A stretch of 64,000 nt of DNA from Macrostomum lignano. Its lineage: Eukaryota. The stretch is from positions 104,819-168,818 of the forward strand of contig NIVC01002492.1 of NCBI GenBank assembly GCA_002269645.1. The letters run 5' to 3'. Position numbers and translations under genes: made by a program. Below are positions 34,984 through 44,317 of the stretch, piece after piece; position 1 is the stretch's first letter; the number at the start of each line of letters is the position of its first letter. The notes beneath the pieces are model-generated. The model saw only the letters and a program-made list of their open reading frames with translations. It was not told the DNA's origin and made no database searches.

Positions 34984-35896
34984 AAGTCCAGAAGCTCCGC
35001 CTGGGTGAAGGCTAGTGACCAACGAAGTCAGAGCTGATGCAGACACATGTGGTCGACGTGCTGATGAAATTTGGAGACTTGGCAAGGCTGCACTGAGGCG
35101 CAGTGCTGATTGGCGCACAGGGGTGTACTGAATACACTAGCGCTTATGGGAAAAATCCGACATTCTGGCAGAATCGTCGAATATCTCGACGGTCCGGAGG
35201 GCTGGCGACTTGATTCTTGTTTGAGAAGGTGCGCAACAAAAAGTTAGCCCGTGTTCTTGAATTTTGTGTGTCTGCGTTGCTCCGTTCCGGCGCAGAAAAA
35301 AAATTTGTCAGGGGGGGGGGAAATTTCCCCCCCCCCTTTGTAGTTCGACGGGCGGAAAAATGGCTTGGTATTCCTACTGTTAATATATAAGCAATAATTT
35401 AGCCACAGGGCTCATTTACCTGTTTTTTGTTAAAGTCTAACCCTCCGATTTATTAGACTTGATTATTTCTTTAACATGCTGCTTATGAGACAAGTGAAAA
35501 GAGCAAAAATATTTCATAAAAACTCAGATTACAAATGCACTTTTGTCTGAGCTAAAATTGCTCATTTAGGTGCTTGTAAAACGCAGCTAGGTCAGGATAC
35601 TGGGTGAGGATCTCAGCCAACTAAAAGCGACTGCTTTGAGCATTAACTTAACTGATTTTAACTACGAGTAATAGACAAAAATTCTGACGCTCCGTAAAAC
35701 AAACTTGGCCTAGCGAATTTATGAATACATGTATAAATACAGTAGTAGTGGGCCTACTGTACGGCAAATGGTGGATACATCACATATTGGGCCATAGATA
35801 CTAAATACCCTATAGATGGATGGTTCACTCGTAGCAAAACTCTGTGTTCGGTAGTACGAGTATGAGCATAAAAAGCAACATGTATCCCCCACTTGC

Positions 35897-36042
35897 CCCG
35901 GGCGAACGTCTACGAGCGTATGGTCTCAGTGTAATTTTCATTTATTTGCATCGGTGCAAATAAACGGTTTATTTCACTGTGCAACTGCTCTTTCGATGCA
36001 AATAAATGAAATTTACACTGAGACCATAGACGTTCGCCCGGG
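35897..36042. mobile_element. Small palindromic MITE
   Basis: CCCGGGCGAACGTCTA...TGGTCTCAGTGTAA...TTTGCATCG matches its reverse complement at about 35993-36042. Confidence 0.7.
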
Positions 36043-36369
36043 AAAAAATGGTGGATACATCACATATTCCCCATTAATACCAAGTGTCTAGGGCAAAAAT
36101 GCTCTATTAACCAATCACACCCAACAGCAAATGAGACGAACAGCAGGCAGGCAAAGGTCTATGGCCCGAAGCAGCGCGAGAGGTGGGGAAAGCGACCCCA
36201 ACCCCGAAAAAAGGAGGATAAAAAGGAGAGAACAGGACGATAAAAGCAAGGAGGCAGCAAAAGCAAGCGAAGCCAGGCCACGAATGCCAAGGTAAAACGC
36301 CAAAGGGTCAAAAAACGAGCGAGTAAGCAGTCAAGAGGCCAGGCAGGCAGCGACCCGCCTAGCTGCTGC

Positions 36370-37272
36370 CCGACGGCGGGCAAATGACGCCTCATCAGAG
36401 AAATACCGAAAGACGCAGTCTGAACGCCAGTCGCCCATGCAACGGATGTCGGCGATTGAGAGGCCTGACTAAAAGGCAGCGCTGGCCCCCACTCTACGCA
36501 GACTGTGACCTGAGAAGCCGCACTCGCCAAAGCCGCACAGAGACATGCCCCGCTTTATGAGCCGGGTGAACATAGCTGCAGACAAGAGAGTCCGGCCGCG
36601 GCTGCCTAGGACAGAAAACAGGGACTGCTGCGACGCGTAGATTTGATTCTCGCGCAGATGAGTTGCTAGTGCGGAAGCGGGACAGATAAGCAGGCATTCA
36701 GAGGCCTGCGGCAGAAAAACTTCCAGTTGCCGCTCCTTGAATTGGTTTGTCTTTGACCCGTTGAGCACCAGCCGCAGACCACCGGGGCACGCTGATAGGC
36801 AGCTCCGGGGAAGAGCGTCCGCAGCGGTGGATGGTAAGAGCTCGCCGAGCCTAAGGACTCCCCACCAGGCCACCAGCAATGCTGCCTTGAAGGCGGCCAG
36901 CAGACGGGGCGGCAGCGAATGACGTAGCTCGGTGGAGCTGCAGAGCAGGCGGAGGTGGCTGGGCTTCAGCGGCGTCGCACGCCGAGGCTGCCGGCTCAGA
37001 AGACGCCGAGCCCCGCGACACACGAGAGCCAGGCGAGCGCTGCCCTTGGTCGGGTCTGGCGACGCGGAAGCCCTATGAAGGAAAGACACCGCGCTGAGGC
37101 TTGACTGCACACTGGAGTAGGACGCCGGTCCACGTTGTAACAGGAACGAGACAAATTGGCAGACATCAGACTCGGAAGCGGCGGTCGCGGGAATTCGACG
37201 CTGCCGGCAGAATTCGTTCCAGGGACGCCAAGGACGTCCTTGATTCGTTCCAGACTTGTAAGTGGCTCGCAT
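36370..37272 (-). pseudogene. Tyrosine recombinase with an in-frame TAG at 36469-36471
   Basis: LRLGELL, SKTNQF, GHSLRRVGAS, then past the stop SGLSIADIRCMGDWRSDCVFRY (catalytic W/Y region); distal end approximate. Confidence 0.85.
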
Positions 37273-37293
37273 AGGACTTCCTGGAACTAGGCG

Positions 37294-39015
37294 CTAATGA
37301 CAGGCGGCACAGAGCGGACACAGACACGGTGGAGCGGAGCGGAGCGCGGCTGCGACCTGTGAATGAAGAGCGGTGCGAGACACGGCAGAAATGGTGTGGG
37401 AAGCAAATTCGAAAGGGCAAATGCATAAAGAGCCGTAAAGACGGCAGCAAAAATTAATGAGCTCTCTGCTCGAGCCCCCCATTCTAGAAGCGGAGTCGCT
37501 CAGCAGCTGCATCTGGCCAGAAAGGTGGAACGCCTGGAGCTGAATTCCCGACGTGAGGCACACGAGAGCAACGGTCTGATAGATGCGAATGAGCAGAGGA
37601 TGCCGACAGGACAGCTTATTGACCATGCCGACGGCAGCAGTGCTATCCGGGTAAATCACAACGCGGCTGTTCCTAAGCTGCTCGCGGAAGCGCAGGATGG
37701 TAAGCAGCGGAGCCAGCGCCTCTTTGTGGTTGATGTGAAGGTCGCGGAACTTGCTCTCGAAGTCCTTCTCCCAGCTGAAGTACGCCCAGTCATTGAATTC
37801 GCTGCCAAAGACGATGCCAGCAGCACCCTCGCAACTGCTGTCAGATTCGATGGCCACAAGTTGACGAAAACGGGGGCGAATGACCGTCGGCGGCAGAGAA
37901 CTCACGACGCGCAGCCACCAGAGGAAGAGGTTGCGAAGCTCAGATGGCAGCCGGGTGTCCATTCTGCAGCTGAGGATGTCGAAGAGCGGGCGCAGGAAAG
38001 GACGAAAAATCCTGTTGATCTGGCTGAGCCAGCACAACTTGCCGGCCAGTTTTTCGAGCTGCTTCAGCTTAACAACGTCACGTGACAGGCAATCGTTCAG
38101 CAGTTTCCGAATGTCGTCTTTCTTGTTGCTTGGAAGTGACAGGGTGCCGTTCACAGTGTCAACCAGCACGCCGAGAAACACAACGTGTTGAGCTGGGGCC
38201 ACGGTCTTCTGCCAGTTGATGTCGAAGCCTAAGTTCTGCAGTAGATCAACCAGATAATTAAAGGCCTCCTGAGCCGCTTCTTTAGTATCAGCGGCTACTG
38301 CCCAGTCGTCCAAGTAGTTGACGGTAGCTGTGAAGCCAATGCTGAGCATGTGGCGCTTGATGCAGGCCGATAAGCGATGGAAAATTTCACATGACGCTCG
38401 AGCACCAAAGGTCAACCGGGTGTCAACGAGCACCGAGTCATCGCTGTCGGCAGCAAACCGCCAGCTGAGGCCCGTGAGCACCTGGTCGTCTGGGTGAATA
38501 CCGACGGAACGATAGGCCTGCTTGAGGTCGATTTTGCCGATAAACGAGCTTAGGCGAAGATAGCGGGTCAGGTCTTGGACAGAGGCGAAGCGCAGCCCCT
38601 TTTCCTGCTCATAGCTGTCGTTGACGGAGGACCCCGGAGGTCTAGAAAGGTCATGAATGACCCGGACACTGCCGTCAGATTTTGGAATCGCCCCGATGGC
38701 GTTCACCATGACAGGGCCATTGGCGAGCTGCAAGCGGCCGAGACGGAGCTCCTCGGCGAGCTGTTCATCAACCTGCTTGGCTTGGTTTAAGGCTGAGCGG
38801 TAGTTGGCGGAGCAGGAAAGAGAAGGCGGCGACCTATTGACGAGCCGAAAGCCGTAACTAAGGCCGCTGCGAAGAAAATTTTCGTCTTGGTCACCCAGAA
38901 GCAGCGGCTCCCAGGTGGCAAGGTTCATGTCGGACGACAGAGCGCGGCGCGGTGGAGAGAGCAGGGTGGGAGCTGGGCAATGAGCAGAGGGAGGCAAGAT
39001 AAAAGGCGACGGCAA
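37294..39015 (-). CDS. RT-RNase H of the YR retroelement
   Basis: RVIHDLS, KIDLKQAYR, LTFGARAS, NYLDDW, FLGV, ESDSS, HINHKE, DSTAAV. Confidence 0.92.
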   Translation of the reverse strand: MPSPFILPPSAHCPAPTLLSPPRRALSSDMNLATWEPLLLGDQDENFLRSGLSYGFRLVNRSPPSLSCSANYRSALNQAKQVDEQLAEELRLGRLQLANGPVMVNAIGAIPKSDGSVRVIHDLSRPPGSSVNDSYEQEKGLRFASVQDLTRYLRLSSFIGKIDLKQAYRSVGIHPDDQVLTGLSWRFAADSDDSVLVDTRLTFGARASCEIFHRLSACIKRHMLSIGFTATVNYLDDWAVAADTKEAAQEAFNYLVDLLQNLGFDINWQKTVAPAQHVVFLGVLVDTVNGTLSLPSNKKDDIRKLLNDCLSRDVVKLKQLEKLAGKLCWLSQINRIFRPFLRPLFDILSCRMDTRLPSELRNLFLWWLRVVSSLPPTVIRPRFRQLVAIESDSSCEGAAGIVFGSEFNDWAYFSWEKDFESKFRDLHINHKEALAPLLTILRFREQLRNSRVVIYPDSTAAVGMVNKLSCRHPLLIRIYQTVALVCLTSGIQLQAFHLSGQMQLLSDSASRMGGSSRELINFCCRLYGSLCICPFEFASHTISAVSRTALHSQVAAALRSAPPCLCPLCAACH

Positions 39016-39049
39016 ACGGGGTTAAAAGCAGGGCGGCTATAAAAAAGAT

Positions 39050-40140
39050 CTAGTTTTTTGCTCCCCCCACAGCGTCGCCGCCGACGCTGGCCGGACACTG
39101 CTGGTGCGCGGGGTGCGGCCGGCCGCAGTCGCGCAGCTTGCAGACGTGACGGTACCTACAGGAGGACCGCTGGCAGCCGGCAGGGGAGTTGTAGCTTAGG
39201 CAGATGGGAGCTTGCGACTGGTTGGATGCTGGTCTGCTCAGGGTGACTTTTAAGTTTCTTGATGCGTTAAGGTGTCGGTGGTACAGCTGTGGAGGCTCGC
39301 AGCCCCATCGATGCGAATCCGAGTCTGCGATCAACTTTCCGTAATCCTCATCGAATTCCCACACGACACTTGGACTGTAGTTAGCGTCTAAGAGCTCGCC
39401 GATCTTCTGTGAGTACTCCAGATAGCCTTTTAGTTCGTCAACATTGACAGATCCATCGTCATTAATGTGAATCAGCGACCCATCATCAACTAGTCGAAGC
39501 AAAATCTTAGAGTTCCCTGCAATCCACTGGCCGACAGAGATTTTCCCCAAGCTGGGTGGCTGCTTCTTAAAGACCAGGTTGCCGTTCTCCATGCAGGCTG
39601 TGAGGCTCTCATTAGGTTGATTTGAACTGGGCTTGACAAAATCGCGAATCAGATAAGCCCTGCTAGGCTTTTTGTCACACTGGCTTCTGCCGGGATCTGT
39701 AAGAGCGCCGCCTAACAAAAACGCCTCATGCAAGCCAGCATTTTCTCTCCGCTCTCCTTATTGTTGTAGAGGTTCCTGAGACCGGTGATTCTGCGACTGA
39801 TTGAGCTCGCTTTGCAGTTGTGCGCGGCGCCGAGTCAGGGCTTCAATCTCCAGCTGCTCGACCTCCTTCCTCAGAGCCGCCAGGTCGCTCGCCGCGCTCC
39901 CTGAAGCTCCGTGTCCACCCATCGAATGTCCACCGTTGATGGTGTCTGAGTTGAGGCTTGCGTCGTGACTTTTTGCTGCAGCTGGATACTCAGACATAGC
40001 ACGCAGGTGTCTGTGTAGACGCTCATAAAGTTGTTGTTTACGACCAGCTTGTGAGAGGCCTCGCTGAGCTAGCTCTTGTTTGAGCTGTTTAGTTGTAAAA
40101 CTAGCAATCTTCGACCCCCGTTGGGGGACATCTGTATAGA
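39050..40140 (-). CDS. gag-like ORF: N-terminal SAP domain and C-terminal CCCH-type finger, one in-frame TAA at 39758-39760
   Basis: FTTKQLKQELAQRGLSQAGRKQQLYERL (SAP) is in frame with ORF 39050-39733, which ends in ICLSYNSPAGCQRSSCRYRHVC; start uncertain. Confidence 0.7.
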
Positions 40141-40247
40141 ATCTCTGCTCTCTACAAGTAACAAAAAGATAACCAAATAAAGCATTCACAAAGAAAACAG
40201 ACAAAATGCTTAAATGAAGTGCAATGCAAAAAGAAATCATCCCAAGA

Positions 40248-40492
40248 CAGCAAGCATCCCCCAGATAGCAAGCATCCCCCAGATTGCAAGCATCCCCCAG
40301 ATAGCAAGCATCCCCCAGATTGCAAGCCTCCCCCGGATAGCAAGCATCCCCCAGATAGCAAGCATCCCCCAGATAGCAAGCATCCCCCAGATAGCAAGCA
40401 TCCCCCAGATAGCAAGCATCCCCCAGATAGCAAGCTTCTTCAAGAGAGCAAGCATCCCCCAGATAGATAGCATCCCCAAATGGCAAGCATCC
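40248..40492. repeat. 18-bp VNTR (GCAAGCATCCCCCAGATA), about 13 units
   Basis: Direct tandem repeat. Confidence 0.92.
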
Positions 40493-40580
40493 ACCAGACA
40501 ATAATAGCTAGTGCGACAATTTCCTTAGCATTATAGTGGCTCCTTTAAAATTCGCTTACTTTCACTTTTGAAATTGTATC

Positions 40581-40867
40581 TTTTATGTTTGACATGGTGG
40601 CTCTTTTATGTTGACATGGTGGCTCTTTTATGCATAACCTGGTGGCTCTTTAATGTTTGACATGGTAGCTCTTTTATGTTCAACATGGTGGCTCTTTATT
40701 GTTTGACATGGTGGCTCTTTAATGTTTAACCTGGTGGCTCTTTTATATTTGACACGGTGGCTTTTTAATGTCTGATATGGTGGCTCTTTAATGTTTGACA
40801 TGTTGGCTCTTCTATGTTTGACATGGTGGCTCTTAAATCTTTGACATGGTGGCTCTTTAATGTTTAA
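40581..40867. repeat. About 23-bp minisatellite (GTTTGACATGGTGGCTCTTTAAT), left part
   Basis: Tandem array; resumes at 43222. Confidence 0.9.
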
Positions 40868-43221
40868 CAGTAGAACTACCAAGGGGGGGGGGGGAAATTT
40901 CCCCCCCCCTGACAAATTTTTTTGCTGCGCCGGAACGGAGCAACGCAGACACACAAAATTCAAGAACACGGGCTAACTTTTTGTTGCGCACCTTCTCAAA
41001 CAAGAATCAAGTCGCCAACCCTCTGGACCGTCGAGATATTCGACGATTCTGCCAGAAGGTCGGATTTTTCCCATAAGCGCTAGTGTATTCAGTACACCCC
41101 TGTGCGCCAATCAGCACTGCGCCTCAGTGCAGCCTTGCCAAGTCTCCAAATTTCATCAGCACGTCGACCACATGTGTCTGCATCAGCTCTGACTTCGTTG
41201 GTCACTAGCCTTCACCCAGGCGGAGCTTCTGGACCTTCAACAGGTGGCACCAAGTGACTATGGACACTCTGATACGAATTTCTCGAGTTTCGCTGATCAA
41301 GCCTCGACAGTGGGCATACCTCAACTGCTAGGTATCCTCAGCTAGTCTCTCGAGCCTTCCATCATCACCTTGACGCCGTCGGCACCTTCAACGGATTACA
41401 CCAGCTGACTATGGACAGCCTGATAATAATTTCTCTAATTTCGCTGATCAAGCCTCGATAGTGGGCAAAAATCAACTGCTGGACATCCTCAGCTAGTCAG
41501 TCAAGCATTCCGTCATCACCCCGACGCCGTCGGCACGTTCAACAGGTGGCACCAGGGGAGTAATGACACGTGAGCGTGATTTTTCATCATGCTCTTAACA
41601 TTTCTGAATCATTAAAAAATGAAAAAACCGACTGAATTTACTGGCTTTTTAAAAGCATAACCCTTTCTGCATTGGGTTCAATATTATAGCTGAATAAACT
41701 AAACAGCTTTTCGAATAAAATATGTATGTAGCTCGTATGCATAAAAGTATGTGTAATAATAATATAAATATACAGCAACATAAGTTCAAGCATAACTATA
41801 GCAATTTCCGTGCTTGAAAAATTTTGAGAGCTTCAGAAATGTTAAGAGCATGATGAAAAATCACGCTCAGGTGTCCTTACTCCCCTGGTGTCATCTGTTG
41901 AAAGAGCCGACGGCGTCCGGATGATGACGGAATGCTTGAGAGACTAGCTGAGGATGTCCAGCAGTTGAGGCTTGCCCACTGTCGAGGCTTGATCGGTGAA
42001 ACTCGATGACGTGACGCGAAAGTCAGGAATCGAATGTTGTTTGAACGAGTATAAATTCTTGCGATATATTTGCAGTAGTAGAATAGTCTAAGTTGCTTGA
42101 CGAGACACAGATCGAGAGCAATGGTTTAAATATTGCGACTATTGAAAATATTGAAGTGGAGTATTGAACTATATTGATGCACTGCATGATTGAGCAAGTG
42201 GAGGGACTTAAGGGGCGAGGCAAGGCTAGAGCAACGATGTACACTGAATTGCACTGAATTGCAAAGTGACTGAGTTAGCAGAATAAAGTTAAGCAAAAAA
42301 CCGCACACAGTTACCCATGCTAGCAAACCAACGAACCGTCACTTCACTCGAGAAGTTCGCATCAAGGTGTTCATAGTCACCTGGTGCCACCTGTTGAAGG
42401 TGCCGACGGCGTCGGGATGATGACGGAATGCTTGAGAGACTAGCTGAGGGTGTCCGGCAGTTGAGGCTTGCCTACTGTCGAGGCTTGATCGGTGAAACTC
42501 GAGAAAATCTTATCAAGGTGTCCATAGTAACTTGGTGTCATCTGTTGAAGGAGCCGACGGCGTCGGGATGATGACGGAATGCTTAGGAGACTAGCTGAAG
42601 GTGTCCAGCAGTTGAGGCTTGCCTACTGTCGAGGCTTGATCGGTGAAACTCGAGAAAATCTTATCAAGGTGTCCATAGTAACTTGTTGTCATCTGTTGAA
42701 GGAGCCGACGGTGTCGGGATGATGACGGAATGCTCAGGAGACTAGCTGAGGGTGTCTGGCAGTTGAGGCTTGCCTACTGTCGAGGCTTGATCGGCGAAAC
42801 TAGAGAAATTCGCATCAAGGTGTTCATAGCCACCTGGTGCCACCTGTTGAAGGTCTAGAAGCTCCGTCTCGGTGAAGGCCAGTAACCAACGAAGTTAGAG
42901 CTGATGCAGACACATTTGGTCGACGTGCTGATGAAATTTGGAGACTTGGCAAGGCTGCACTGAGGCGCAGTGCTGATTGGGGCACAGGGGTGTACTGAAT
43001 ACACTAGCGCTTATGGGAAAAATCCGACATTCTGGCAGAATCGTCGAATATCTCGACGGTCCGGAGGGTTGGCGACTTGATTCTTGTTTGAGAAGGTGCG
43101 CAACAAAAAGTTAGCCCGTGTTCTTGAATTTTGTGTGTCTGCGTTGCTCCGTTCCGGCGCAGCAAAAAAATTTGCCCCTTGGTAGTTCGACGGGCGGAAA
43201 AATGGCTTGGTATTCCTACTG
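40868..43221. mobile_element. Non-autonomous derivative of the CAGTA piggyBac
   Basis: TTAA TSD at 40864-67 and 43222-25; same ends and 151-bp repeats as 30226-35379; no ORFs. Confidence 0.92.
42007..42346. mobile_element. Solo LTR (340 bp) inserted in the piggyBac derivative
   Basis: TGACGTGACG...CGTCACTTCA ends, 5-bp TSD CTCGA (42002-06, 42347-51), TATAAA and AATAAA inside. Confidence 0.75.
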
Positions 43222-44100
43222 TTAACCTGGTGGCTCTTTTATGATTGACATGGTGGCTCTTAAATGTCTGACATGGTGGCTCCTTAATGTTCGAAATGGT
43301 GGCTCTTTAATGTTCGAAATGGTGGCTCTTTAATGTTTGACATAAAGTCACATATATGTTTGATACGGTGGCTTTTTAATGTCTGACATGGTGGCTCTTA
43401 AATGTTTGACATGGTGGCTGTTTTTTGTTCTACATGGTAACTCTTTTATGTTTGATACGGTGGCTTTTTAATGTCTGACACGGTGGCTCTTTATTGTTCG
43501 AAATGGTGGCTCTTTAATGTTTGACATAAAGTCACATATATGTTTGACATGATGGCTCTTAAATGTTTGACATGGTGGCTCTTAACTGTTTGACATGGTG
43601 GCTCCTTAATGTTCGAAATGGTGGCTCTTTAATATTCTACATGGTGGCTCTTAAATGTCTGACATGGTGCTCCTTAATGTTCGAAATGGTGGCTCTTTAA
43701 TGTTCTTCATGGTATAGCTCTTTTTTGTTTGACATGGTGGCTCTTTAATGTTCGACATGGTGGCACTTTAATGTTCGAAATGGTGGCTCTTTAATGTTTG
43801 ACATAAAGTCACATATATGTTTGATACGGTGGCTTTTTAATGTCTGACATGGTGGCTCTTAAATGTTTGACATGGTGGCTGTTTTTTGTTCTACATGGTA
43901 ACTCTTTTATGTTTGATACGGTGGCTTTTTAATGTCTGACACGGTGGCTTTTTAATGTCTGACACAGTGGCTCTTTAATGTTCGAAATGGTGGCTCTTTA
44001 ATGTTTGACATAAAGTCACATATATGTTTGACATATGGTGGCTCTTAAATGTTTGACATGGTGGCTCTTAAATGTTTGACATGGTGGCACTTTAATGTTC
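43222..44100. repeat. About 23-bp minisatellite, right part, with higher-order blocks
   Basis: Tandem array; variant TTGACATAAAGTCACATATATG recurs four times. Confidence 0.9.
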
Positions 44101-44317
44101 TTCATTAAAGTGCACAGAGGGCGGCGTGCATATAAATAAGCGGGTGAGCAAATCCCCCCACCCCACGGGGGGTAGAGAGGACGGCGCACAAAGGCGGCAC
44201 AAAGTACAGCACGAGGGGTGGATGGCTAACACCCATTACACTCCAGGCTCACAAAAGAGCCTAAGAGAAATGGAGGCATTATTGCCCTAGCACTGGTATA
44301 AATGGGGAATATATACC

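Larger units (their letters stand above)
30226..35379 (-). mobile_element. piggyBac-like transposon, 5154 bp, CAGTA...TACTG ends, kb-long inverted arms, two divergent ORFs
   Basis: TTAA TSD at 30222-25 and 35380-83; arms about 30230-31404 and 33874-35345 are reverse complements; transposase inside. Confidence 0.92.
24089..35476 (+). mobile_element. BEL/Pao LTR retrotransposon; 3' LTR interrupted by a piggyBac
   Basis: 5' LTR 24089-24340; 3' LTR 30065-30225 plus 35380-35476; TSD TGCTG (24084-88, 35477-81); PBS TGGCGCCCGAAC (tRNA-Lys type); PPT AGGGGGGAG. Confidence 0.95.
36100..40500 (-). mobile_element. Tyrosine-recombinase retrotransposon (Ngaro/DIRS group); terminal repeats not identified
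   Basis: gag, RT-RNase H and YR ORFs in the canonical order; boundaries approximate. Confidence 0.85.

Noticed and set aside
40152-40504. ORFs (GDACYL)n, (SGGCLL)n, (ASIPQI)n
   Set aside because: All frames are open only because of the stop-free 18-bp VNTR
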